Positions 24,432 through 42,778 of a stretch of DNA of 64,000 nucleotides are shown piece by piece (positions within the stretch are counted from its first letter, which is position 1; each line of letters opens with the position of its first letter). The stretch is from the human T2T-CHM13v2.0 reference genome, Homo sapiens. The stretch lies in assembly GCF_009914755.1 (NCBI RefSeq), contig NC_060943.1. One strand, 5' to 3'. Made by a program: the position numbers and the translations under genes. The notes under the pieces were generated by a model, which ran no database searches, was not told the origin of the DNA, and was given only the letters and a program-made list of their open reading frames with translations.

Positions 24432-25876
24432 TAATAATAAAATCCACACCAAAATATTATCAGGTGTCAGAGGTACATTTTGTTGGTTAAGTGAAACAGA
24501 GGATATTGGTCAAGGGAAACATTTCTCTATCCCTTGATTTTTTCCATCTTGTGTAATTAATTAAAATTGTTTTAATTCAAAAATAAAATAATGTTTTAAA
24601 AATAGCTGTAGTGGGCCAGTCTTGGTGGCTCACACCTGTAATGAGCACTTTGGTTGGCAAAGGCAGGAAGATCACTTGAGCTCAGGAGTTCAAGACCAGC
24701 CTGAGCAACATAGGGATACCCCCATCTCTACAAAAAAATCTCAAAAAAAATTAGCTGGGCATGGTAGCACATGCCTGTGGTTCCAGATACTCGGGAGGTT
24801 AGATGATTCAATATGTATATATAAGTAAGCCCAAGCATCATAAAAGTATTATCTATTATTATTTGGCCAAACATGAGGAGTCAGACGTTTTCTCAAAGGG
24901 GGAACTTTTAGTTGGGTTTTGAAGTATGAGTAGGAGCTCACCGGGTGACAAAAAGTCATACTTCCTTTCATTATCTTAGTCAAGACACTCCCTTGAGGCA
25001 TGCTGTGTTCCAGATCTTGTGCTGGGAGATCCCAGGGACCTAACATGAGTCTGACTCTGACCTACGCGGAGCTACTAGTCCCAGGGATGGATCAGACCTA
25101 AGCCCTGTCCTCTAGTGCCTCCAAGCTGGTAGGAGAGGCAGAGAGGGATACAATTCAGGGTGACCAGGGCAAGCAGAGAGAGGAACAGAGTGAGTCATGG
25201 ACTCCGAGCAGGTCAGCACTGAGCAAAAGCTTTGAAATGGCTAGTCTGACCCCCCTCTCCCATTTACTAAAGCCTGGAGAGGGACAGGGTTTGCTCAAGA
25301 TTACACAGAATGAATAAATATCCTGATCTTGGAGTCTGGGGATTTCAAGGACCAAACGAGATGCCAGAGATGCAGACCTGCCCCCTCGCAGACCCTTCAC
25401 CCAGATGCCCAACACACCCCAAATCCCCACTCAAATCTGCAGACTAACCCCTGGCCCCGCAGACAATGATGCTGTCAGAGATATCTGCCTCCCCAGCCCT
25501 CAGGCTCAGAGACCCACTTCATCCCTCACCCACATGCACAGCACACATCCCTGCAAGCCCTTATCATCCTATGTGCCCTGTGCTGGGTCAGGCTGGACAC
25601 AGACGTGACTCAGATGCAGGTTGAGCCCTGGAAGGGCTGCTAGTGTGGAAAGGTACCAGGAGACAGAGCATCCCAACCCAGTGTGAAGAGTGTGTGGAAG
25701 CCGTGGCAGGGCATGGGATGGGAGGAGGGTGAGATGAGATGAGGGAACCCTTAACACGCTTTGAACCTTGGGAAGTTCACCTGGAGTTTCCTGGCATGGG
25801 GAGATGGAAAGAGGGAGTAACAGGCAGAAAGCACAGCATATGTGAAGCCACAAAAGCATGAAACACTATTTATTCC

Positions 25877-26150
25877 TTCATCCATCCATCCATTTATCCA
25901 TTATCCATCATCCATCCATCCATCCATCCATCCATCCATCCATCCATCCATCCATCCATTTATCCATCCATCTATCCATTTATCCATCCATCTGTCCATT
26001 TATCCATTCAACCGTCCATTTATCCATCCATCCACCCATCCATTTATCCACCCATCTATCCATCCATCCATTTATCCATCCATCCATCCATCCATCCATC
26101 CATCCATCCATCCATCCATCCACCCATCCATTTATCCATCCATCCATCTG
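25877..26150 (+). repeat. (TCCA)n tetranucleotide microsatellite
   Basis: Long ccat/tcca run with tcta/tttat variants. Confidence 0.95.
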
Positions 26151-27732
26151 CCCATCTGTCTGTCCCTCTGTCCATCTGTATGTTTATCTGTTCATGTACT
26201 TATGCATTAATCGATTCTTCCATCCATCTTATTTATTTATTCATTGTGTATATCATTCATTCATTCATTCATGTATCCATCTATTCAAATGATCATCTGC
26301 CCCCTCATTCATCCATTTATTTATCCACTCATTGGTCACACATGCATCCGTTCATATAGTTATCAGCATCAGCTGTCATATGATCCTTCCCCAGCAACAC
26401 CTCCTCAGAGAGCCTTTCCGAACCCTTTCTAAAATAATACCCAGCCACCTTGCCTCTATTACCCTCCTTTTTATTTTCATCACAGCCCTGAACGAGACTT
26501 GCCATTTTGCCCTGTAATTGTATGTTTACTTGTTCGGTGTCTGTGGCTACCATGAGAACATGATCATTTATTCAATGAGTGTTTCTCTCTTTTTAAAATT
26601 TAACTTTTAGGGGTACCTGTGCAGGTTTGTTATTAGGTAAATTGTGTGTCACAGGGGTTTGGTGTATGGATTATTTCATCACCCCAGTAATAAGCATGGT
26701 AGCCCAGACAAATATTTCTTGAGCATCACTGTGTGCCAGGCTCTGTTGTAGACACTGGGGATAACAGAGACAAAATCCCCTTCTGCATGAAGCTGACATT
26801 CTAGTGGTGATGTCAGACAATAAACATAAACATAAATAAACATAAAGGTAGTAAATAAATTATAAGGCATGTTGGAAGGAGGGTGCTGCGGCAAAAGAAA
26901 GCATAGAGCCAAATGAGGGTGTCAGGGGTCCAGGGGGATGGGTGCTCAAGGAAGACCTCACCAAGGAGGTGATAGCTGAACAAACGCTGTGGGGGAGAGA
27001 AGGAGCCCAAGCGGTTATCCAGGGGAAGAGCATTGCAGTTAGAGAATGGCACATGCAAAGGCCCTGAGGCAGGACTGAGCCTGGTGTGTTTTGGGGACAT
27101 TAAGAAAGCCATTGTGGCTGGAATGGAATGAGGAAGGAGGAGAGAGCAAGAGGTGGGGGCAGAGAGGGCAGAGAGGGGACAGAGGGGACCAGATGGAGCA
27201 GGGCCATGTGGGGGAAGACTCTGTTTTCACTCTGAGTATGACCAGAGCCAGAGGAGGATTCTGAGCCAGGAAGAAACAGGATCCAACTGCCTGCAGGATG
27301 TGGTTCCCTCTGCCTGCCATATAGGGAGTAGATTAATACCTGAGTTTTGTGAGAGCCAGGATCATGTCTTTGCACCTGTCGCCTCCTCTGTGTCTGGGTG
27401 AAGTCTGGGTGGGGCACAGTGGCTCACATCTGTAATCCCAACGGTTTTGGAGGCCAAAGTGGGAGGGTCGCTTAGGCCCAGAAGTTCCAGACCAGCCTGG
27501 ACAACACAGCGAGACCCTGTCTCTACAAAATCTTAAAAAAAAAAATTAGCCAGGGCCAGGCACGGTGACTCACGCCTGTAATCCCAGCACTTTGGGAGGC
27601 CGGGTTGGGTGGATCACGGGGTCAGGAGTTCAAGACCAGCCTGGCCAACATGGTGAAACCCCTTCTCTACTAAAAATACAAAAAAAAAAAAAAAAAGCTG
27701 GGCGTGGTGGAGCGCATCTGTAATCCCAGCTA

Positions 27733-28080
<348 letters not shown>

Positions 28081-29803
28081 CTACAGACTATAGCCCACTG
28101 GCCAAATTCCTCCTGTCTGCATAAATAAAGTTTTATTGGAACACTACCTCACCTATTCATTTGCATATTGTCTCTGGCTGCTTTTATACTGCAAGGACAG
28201 TGTGGCACAATTGGAGCCAAGGCTTCTGTCCCGCAAAGCTGAAACTATCTACTGTCTGGCCTTTTACATGAAGAAGTTTGCTGACCCCTGGTCTAGAACA
28301 ATTCTTGGCACACAGTAGGCACTCAAAAAATAATTGTTGCAGAACTGAACCTGTCACTCATCTGTGACCCACACGGGGTTGCTAGCTTGCTCTTGTCTCA
28401 GAGCCAGTTCCAGCTCCGAGTCACATGCAGGAAAACAACAGCCCAGCGACCAAAAATAAAATACTGGAACCATTCCAGTCTTTGCTGCAGAGAAAATGCC
28501 CAGGCAGGATTGCAGTCAGGACCCATGGCAAAACTTAGCACCCTCTTCCTCCTTTTGCTCTAGTAAGACTCAGGCCCCTTTCCCTCCATCAGGCATGGAA
28601 ACTGCTCCCTAATTTTTTTTGCTCAAAATTTCCCCCCAAACTCTCTTCCACAAAGCTGCCCTGTCCTTGGTTCTCCCGTCTCTTCCCCTTTCAGCTCCAA
28701 CTTTTTATCTTCTTTTTCTTTTTTTCTCACCCTGTCTTTTGGTGCTGACAGCTTTTTGTTTTCATCAGCTTAGTTCCTTGCTGGCTTTCCCCACACCTGT
28801 GCTGCTCCTTACTCAGATTCTGCATAACGAGGTCACGTCTGGGGGCTGTGCCAGCTGGTGGGAATCCAGCTTCCCTGGAGGCTCAGAATGCCCCCATATT
28901 CCCCTTTCCTTTTCCCCGGCACACACCCGTCGTGGTATTCCATCCCCCTTCACTGTCTGGGTTCCCTCTCTGCTGCAGCTGATACCCACAGGACCCACAG
29001 AGGGGTCAGCCCTGGACAGCCAAGGACTCACAATTTAATGTGAATGATCCCAGTGCCTGGAGTTCAGAGAGGGATGGCTGACGGGGTGGCCTTGATCCCT
29101 GAGATAATGAGTTTGGGGCTTTATCCTGAGGACCTTCTCTGGCAGGCCTGGATGGAGGACAGATGGAGAACTTAGAGGCAGTGGAGTGCCTCCTTTGGAC
29201 TTGATTTTCTGGGTCTCAGCCTCCCTCTGCTGGCTTTGTGCAGCCCAAGCTCTACAGCCAGACTACATTGATTCGAATTCAGGCTCTGCCACCTTTAAAC
29301 TGTGCAGACTACATTGATTTGAATGCAGGCTCTGCCACCTTTAAACTGTGCAACCTTGGTCAGCTGTGCCTCAGTGTCCTCATCTGTAAAATGGGTTTGA
29401 CATTAGAACTTACCACTTAGCGTTATCAGGAGGATTATAGGATTTAGCACACAGAAGGGGCTTAGAACTGTGCCTGGAACACAGTAAGCACTCAATAAAT
29501 ACCAGCAACTTTCAAAATGCTGATACAGCCGTCCACCACATAGAATGCCCTCCGCAAAAGAAAGCTCATTACTATCACTCAGTGATGTCATCAATTACCT
29601 CATAGACTGAGCAGAATTGATGACATCTCCAATTATGAGGTCAATTTAGAACCTGGTGGGCATGATGATATCACAAGTTGCCAGGTAAATCTACCTGGGT
29701 AATCCCAGGCTAAATCTAGCCCTGGGTAGTGTTGATGACATCACCAGTTACCAGGCAGATTATAGTTAAAATGTGGGTGCCCAGTGCCTTCTTTCCTGTT
29801 TGA

Positions 29804-30166
<363 letters not shown>

Positions 30167-31054
30167 TGATCCTCCCACCTCAGCCCCAAAAATTGCTGGG
30201 ATTACAGGGGTGAGCCACTGTGCCTGGCGTGGACCTCAGTTTTCTATCCATCAAATGGGGATAATAAAAGCACCAGCCTCGTAGGGTTGTGGAGAGAATC
30301 CAATGAGTTAATACATAAAAGGGCAAAATGTCCAGCACACAGTCAGCACTCCATACACAGCAGCACTCATTATCTTTACTGTAGGATGTTTCCATGGAGC
30401 ACGCTCCAGCCAGAGTGACAGGAGCCCTCAGCTCTGTCTTGGTTAAGACAGATGCCTGCAGGGGCCTGTTTCCTAGGAGTTGGAGCCCAGATCCGCCATT
30501 AGCAGTAGTCAGGAGACCCTGGACATGTTGCTAGCCTATAAAGTGGGGTAATGACCATGCCAGCCTCACGGGGCTGGCATGAGGATGCACTGACATAATG
30601 ACAGTCATGTTTCCAGCACACAATCAGACCTCACAACTGTGAGCTGTGTTATCACTGCGAGTACTCTCAGAAAGGTCCTTTTCTCCCCAGGATGTTGTTT
30701 CCCCATCTGCAAAGAAGTGGAAGGTGGCTGTGGCAATCTCAAAGCCATGGCAATCTTGACACTATGACCACAGGGATGGTCCTGTGATTCACCTTTGCTG
30801 TTGCTGAGCAAGTGCATTGGGAGTTGGATGCTTGAATCTGTGTCTGCCCTCAGCACCCAACTCCAGCTTCTCTTGTCTCTTTTCTGCCCATCTCTTATCT
30901 CCCAACATTTCCTTTCATATTTCTTTGGCTTCTTGCTCGTACGCTAGACTTCGTATGTATATAGTTTCTCTCCTGCATGCTGTTTGTAGGACAATAAATG
31001 GCAATAGTCATGATAATCAGTATTTTCTTTTTCTTTTCTTTCTTTTTTTTTTGA

Positions 31055-31375
<321 letters not shown>

Positions 31376-32689
31376 TAAGAGCTTTGTAGGCACTAATTCA
31401 CTTAATCCACTCAATACAAGCACTCATTACCATTTACTCAACAAACACTTATTAAACACCTACTGTGTGCCAGGCACTGAGGATTCGGCACTGAACAAAA
31501 TAAAGATCTTTGTCCTCGTGGGACTTAAATTCTAGTGAGGAGACAGATGATAAACAGATAAATTAGCAAACACTCCCAGTGCTATGAGAAAAAGCAAAGC
31601 GGGGTTAAACGAGAGAGAGTGATGAGAGGAACTGTCTTATATAGGATGGCCAGGAAAGGCCTCTTGGAAGAGGTGATATTGGAGCAGAACGGATGATGTG
31701 GGAGAGAGGTTGTCATGCAAAACCTGGGGAAGAGCATTCCTGGTGGACCCAACAGAGAATGCAAAGGCCTTGGGGCAGCACCAGGCCTCCTGGTTTGAGA
31801 AATTGAGCCAGTGTAGCTGGAGCAGTATGAAGGGGAGGGCCTGGGGGTGAGATCAGAGAGAGCAAAAGGGCCAGCCACATCCCGCAGGACCTCATTGGCC
31901 ATGGTGAGTTCTTAGACTTTTACTGAGTGAAATGGGAGCCATGGAAGGCTCTGAACAGAGGAAAGGCCCCATCTGAATAGAGTAGACTGTAGGGAGAGCA
32001 AGGGTGAAGGCAGACAGTCCATCACTCCCATTTTACGAGTGCAGAAATAAATGGAATCTCAAAAAAGTCCAGCAACTGGCCTGAGCCCACACAGCTGCTG
32101 AGCAGCCGAGCCAAGCTGGCAGGCCTCCTTGGGTTCAGTGGAGCCATTCCTTTGTGCCCTTGGCTCTTTTTATTTTCCTTTTAAATAGAGATGGGGCCTA
32201 TGTTGCCCAGGCTGGTCTTGACCTCCTGGGCTCAAGTGATCCTCCCACCCTGGCCTCCCAAAGTGTTGGGATTACAGGTGTGAGCCACGGCACCCTTCCA
32301 ACCTTGGGAAGTCTTTTGGCTCTCCTGAGCCTCAGTTTTCCCATCTGTAAATTGTAAATGGGGAATCATTACCACGTTTGGGCATAGCATGGCGGTTAAA
32401 AGCACAACTTCTGGTTGGATCTGAGTCCTTGCTCTGCCATCGGCCAGCTCTGTGACTTTCTGCAATTAACACCCTCTTTCTAAGCTTGGGGTTACCTCAT
32501 CTAGAAGATGAAGATCTTAATAGCACCAATTTCAAGGGCTTCGTTGTAAGGATTAAATGAGATCATGCAGGTAAGGCGCTTAGCACAGCTCCCGGTCTAC
32601 ATCGAAGTGCTTGATAAACGATCATTGTTATTCCGATAGTATCACGGCCCACACCTCCCCGGTGGGTGAGAGCCTGGGAGGGTGCCTGG

Positions 32690-33500
32690 TACATGGTCTA
32701 CGTTCGACAAAAGTGAATTCTGTCTCCTGTCTCTCCTGCCCGCCGGGTCCCGGGGGACCCAGGCATTCCGGCCTTCGGTCGGCCCCCCCACGCCGGCCCT
32801 TACAAAGGCCCCCATTCATGCCTTGCGCACAAAGCGGCCCATTCACCCTGGCCCCTTGGGCCTCCCGCCCCCGGCCGCCCCCCGCGCCTCGCTATTGGTG
32901 GCGCCCCGTGCCCATCAGGCCTCGGCTTCCACCCCCGACCGCGCCGCCTAGCTCCGCGCCCGGGCCGCGTTCTTTTCCCACGGCTGGCACCCTTCGACAA
33001 CTTCTGATTGGCCCAGCCCGCCAGCCGCTCTTTTTGATTGGCGGCTCCCGTCCCCCAGGGGCGGGGCCGTAGCTTGCCGCAGCGGGCGCCGATTGGCCTC
33101 TGCTGCTCTCTTGGGGGCGGGGCTGTCCTGGCGGACACGCCCCTCTTTCTCCCCAGGCCGAAGCCTCGGGACGGCCCTGGAAGCCGGTGAGTGCCCGGGG
33201 CCGGCAGCCCTCCGGGGGCGGCGGAACGGGACTGAGCCAGGGGAAGCTGGAGCCTGGGGGCTGCGATCGGGGCCCGGGAGCCCGGGCAGGCGGCCGGGGA
33301 CGGCGGGGAGGTGACGCGGACACTCACCTTGGGCGCGCAGCGGGACGGCGGCGAGGGAGGTGGGGGGGCGGGACGTCTACACTCCCCCAACTCCAGTTGC
33401 CGCCGTGTGCGAGGCCCGGTCGGGGTCCTCGTTGTCAGCCCCGGGCCTGTTCCGCAGAAGGGGAAACTGAGGCTGTCTTTGGAACCTCGGCCGCTTTAAT
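32690..33500 (+). promoter_or_regulatory. MYH14: CpG-island promoter of MYH14 (TATA-less; four inverted CCAAT boxes, GC boxes)
   Basis: CpG-dense, GC-rich stretch. ATTGG at 32894, 33007, 33037 and 33092; GGGGCGGGG at ~33058 and ~33114. Lies directly upstream of a consensus donor CCG|GTGAGT at 33186/33187. Confidence 0.9.
33143..33186 (+). other. MYH14: MYH14 non-coding exon 1 (5' UTR); start approximate
   Basis: Ends in the strong donor CCG|GTGAGT inside the CpG island. Joins to ACC-ATG of the first coding exon at 39880. Confidence 0.8.
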
Positions 33501-34042
33501 ACCTGAGTCATCGCCTCCAGTCCCCCGCCCCCAGCATGACATGTCTCTGTTCTCACGTGTCAGAATCGGAGGCCAGAGAGAGGGGTCGTGACTGGAAGAG
33601 GCGGAGGGGTAGGGAAGGACATATTTGAGAACCTATGATGTACTTGGACGCTTTTATTTTTTATAACTAAATAATTTCCTTTCCTTATCGTGTTGACTCG
33701 AGGTGAGTTATATTGTACCCATTATACAGAGAGGGGAAGGCTGAGACTGGGCCGAATTGGTGACTGCAGGGGGACCTGGTGGAGAAGAACACTCCAGAGA
33801 CCAACTGTGTGCTGGGTCCTTTAACCTTTTCAGTCCCACAGGAGTCCCCTAAGGAAAGCGGTGGTCCCTGTGGCATAGATGGGGAAGCAGGTTGGTAGTA
33901 ATCACCAACTGGGACGCAGAAATTCATGTCTTTAGGGACCTGCTACAAGTTCTTTCCAGACCCCCTCCTTTAGAATGGCAGAAAACGGTATAGGCTTGAA
34001 TTCCAGACCTCCCTCTTACGCTGTGTGATCTTGAGTGCCTTA

Positions 34043-34426
<384 letters not shown>

Positions 34427-34729
34427 TTAAATCATTTTATGATCTCAAAGAGCTGTTCTAAGAGGAGAAAATACCCGACACATAGTAGGTACTCTTATCA
34501 CCATGTAGTCTTTATTTCACTCCCGAGACTGAAGCTCAGGACAGAATACCATTGTCCTCTTCTTTGGTACTCTTACTGTCTATAGATTTTGTTGTTCCCT
34601 TCCCGCAGTTGGGAAACTGAGGCTCAGGGAGATTAATGATGAAGCACTGGGCTGGGGAACTTTCTGAACGTCGTTTTATTAATTTCACTGGCCGCAATGC
34701 ACAGCAGGGAAAGCTGAGGCCCAGGAAGC

Positions 34730-35230
34730 TCCAGCGGGGTTTGAATCCCGGGAATCCTCAGCCTTCTCCGCGGCGGGCCCTCGACCTTTGCCCTCCATAA
34801 GGGGGAGGAGCCCCTGGCGCCGCCGCCGCCGCCGCCCACCTGGCAACAGGCTCAACCCCCGCCTTCCCCCGGCCCCCGTCAGAGGCCCTGAAGCTCCAGG
34901 CCCGCCCCGTTCCCAGCCGGGCAGGTGCTGGGTGACATCAGAGCCGGGCTCCCGCCCTGTGACGCGACGGGGCCCCGCCCTGCGCTGGACCGCGGAGGTC
35001 GCTGCACCTGAAGAGAACGGGGATTCCCGCGCCCTCACCCCATCTCCCCGCTCCGGTCGGCGCCCCCAGGTAGCCCCGAGGATCTGCGAGTTGAGGGGGC
35101 GGCGACACAGGCGCTTGGGTCCAGGGGAATGGGTACGGGGCTCTCAGACTCCTGGATCTGAGAAGGGGCCTTGGGGGCCGGCTGTCCCAGGTCTGAGGAA
35201 GGACTGCGCCGCGAGCCCGAACTTCTGGGT
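34730..35230. promoter_or_regulatory. Second CpG island in intron 1 (candidate alternative promoter or enhancer)
   Basis: CpG-dense; (CGC)6 at ~34818; GC boxes; TGACATCA at ~34934 and TGACG at ~34960; CAGGTG/CACCTG E-boxes. Confidence 0.7.
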
Positions 35231-35860
35231 CCTGGGGGAGGAAAGGACTGGGGCCAGGACTGCAGAGCTGGGGTCTTAGGGGAGGAGGGGGCTGCAAGCC
35301 CGGATTCTGGGGTCTGTAGGAGCAGGGGCTGGGGGCCTGAACTCCTGGGTCTGAGACAGGAGGGCATTGAGTACTGGGACTCCGGAAACCCAGCGCTAGA
35401 AGCCAGGGTCAGACGGCTGGATGCCAAGGGCCCCAACCTCTGCCCCAGGGCGGATCCCTGGCTGCTTTTCTTTTTCAAGCCCAGCAGTCTCGGCCCCTCC
35501 CAGGGCAGGTGCTTTCACCTGCCCAGGTGACAGTAATTAGCCCTGGCAGAGTGTTCCTGCTGGTTGAGGAAGGGTAGGGCAGTCAGAGAGGCTCGGCCAC
35601 TTGGAGCCAAGGCCTGCAGGCCCTGCCCGCCCCATCAGGGCTGTGATCCATCTTCAGAACTCAGCATCCTCACCTCTAGCCCGGCTGCAGTGAGGTGAGG
35701 GGGCCTGCACTTCCCAATCCATAGGAGGAGGGGGCTGGGGGCTCAGACTCCTGGGTCCTGGGAGAGGAGGAGGCTGGGAGCTCGGACTCCTCAGCCTGGG
35801 GAAGGAAAGGGCTGGGGGCTTGGACTCTTGGCTCCAGGGAGGAGAGGCATAGGGCATAGG
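35140..35860 (+). repeat. Degenerate MSR1-like units in intron 1 (patches ~35140-35400 and ~35700-35860)
   Basis: Recurring GGGGCTGGGGGCCTGAACTCCTGGGTCTGAG / GGCTCAGACTCCTGGGTCCTG variants of the intron-7 unit. Confidence 0.65.
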
Positions 35861-36447
35861 GTGATTGCAAAAACTCCGAAACCCTTCCTGGTCAAAGGCC
35901 ACAGGGCTGGTGAGGAAGTGGATGGGGTGGGGTGGGGTGGGTGGGGGTGAGGGTAAAGTCCCAGGGATGGAGTTTGGGTCCGGTGTATCCAGGTCACACT
36001 GGAGATATGGGGTGAGCCTTGACGATTTGGGGGCCACGGGGTGGAGAAACTCCCTGCTGCCTTCAGAGTGCAAGGGTCCAGCGTTTGAGGCCTGAGAGCC
36101 TCAGGGCCAAGAGTCACTGGAAGCTGGAGCTGCTGGGCTTGGGGATGGGAGGAGAGGGTCTGGGAGGAAGTGGGTCCTCTCAGCGGAGCTGGGATTCCCG
36201 TGGGAGAGGCTTGAGGGAAAGGCAGGAGTCTGTTGGGACCAGATCCAGGGGGGCCTCCAGGGCAGCTGGGCGTTTAGAAGGACTTCTCCAGGGGTATGTG
36301 GGAGCGAGGTGGGGACGGCAGTTGCATATAGGTCTATCGGGCAGAGGTGAAGTCCTGCTGTTGGGGAGACAGAAATCTCCCACTGTTTCTGTGACTGATG
36401 TGGTGGGGCAGTGATGGGGACATTTGAGGCAGTGGATGAGAGTAGGG

Positions 36448-40614
<4,167 letters not shown>

Positions 40615-40648
40615 TCACTGAGTATAGAAATGTGTTGCTTGAGGTTCA

Positions 40649-40879
<231 letters not shown>

Positions 40880-41152
40880 CTAGGCTCTGTGCTAAATGCC
40901 TATCTATTAATTCATTCAATCTCACCATAGGAAAGATAGAGTCTATTATTATTACCATTTTACCTAAGAGGCAAATGAGGCCCAGAGAGAGTTAATAACA
41001 ATAAAAATGAACATTTATTAAACATTTACCAACCATTCTTCCAAGCTTTCTAAAATACATTGCCTCTGTACATTTTCAGAATTATAAAGCATCTGATCCT
41101 CATTTTACAGGTAAGAAAACTGAGGCACAGAGAGTTCAAGGTCACACAATTA

Positions 41153-41587
<435 letters not shown>

Positions 41588-42457
41588 CTAAGCATTGGAG
41601 GTTCGTTGCATTTTTAAAACTCTTTACAGCAAACGGATGGGGTAGAGCAGTGGTTCTTAACCCCACCTCTATGGTAGAATCATTTGGGGAATTCTTAGAA
41701 AATACCAGTGACGGAGCCCCACCCCAGAACTTTCAGTCGAGCTCTCTGGGGCTGTGACATGAACATTGGTATTTTTAATAAGCTTCCAAGGAGGTTCTAA
41801 TGGGCAGCCAAGGGGTTATTAATTTCATTGAACAAAAGAGCAAACAGGATTAGAGAGATTGACAAGGAATATGGACAATCATAATGAAAAATAATAATAA
41901 GAGGAGGCTAGCAAATATTTAATCGAGCACTCGTGATGTGCCAAGCACTGTTCTAAGTGTGGCGTGTGAGTTATCAGCTTCCCTCTGGGCCAGGGACTGC
42001 TGATATCACCTGATGTTCAGGATGTTAAGTGACCCACAGCCATGAAGGAATCACGCCAGGATTTGAACCCAGGCAGCTGGTTCCAGAGTCATGCTCCAAA
42101 CTCTAGCTTAGACTGGTGGGGTCTCACAGCTTTGCTCCAACATCCACCCCTCTGAGGTTCACAAAGCGGAAGATTAGAATATTTTTGTGAAGTCCCACTC
42201 CTACTTGGAGATCGAGGCTCTGAGATAAGCAGTGGCTGGCTCAGGGTCCCTCAGCTTGTGGTGGCAGGTGTGGAATTTGAATCGAGGGCTGTCGGACCCT
42301 GCATGGGGTTGGTGTCTTCTCCAGTCTGCACTGGCCCTTTCCAAATCCTCAAACACCTTTACTAGCCCTGGAAAAGAGGCCTCTACATGATCCACTCCCC
42401 CACATCTCACCCAAGGCCACAGACATCAGGATGACATCCAAAACATGGATCCACTAG

Positions 42458-42778
<321 letters not shown>

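Noticed and set aside
29581-29645. C/D-box snoRNA-like layout (GTGATGT...CTGA...TGATGA...)
   Set aside because: Imperfect box C, no terminal CTGA box D and no terminal stem; better explained as a DNA motif cluster.
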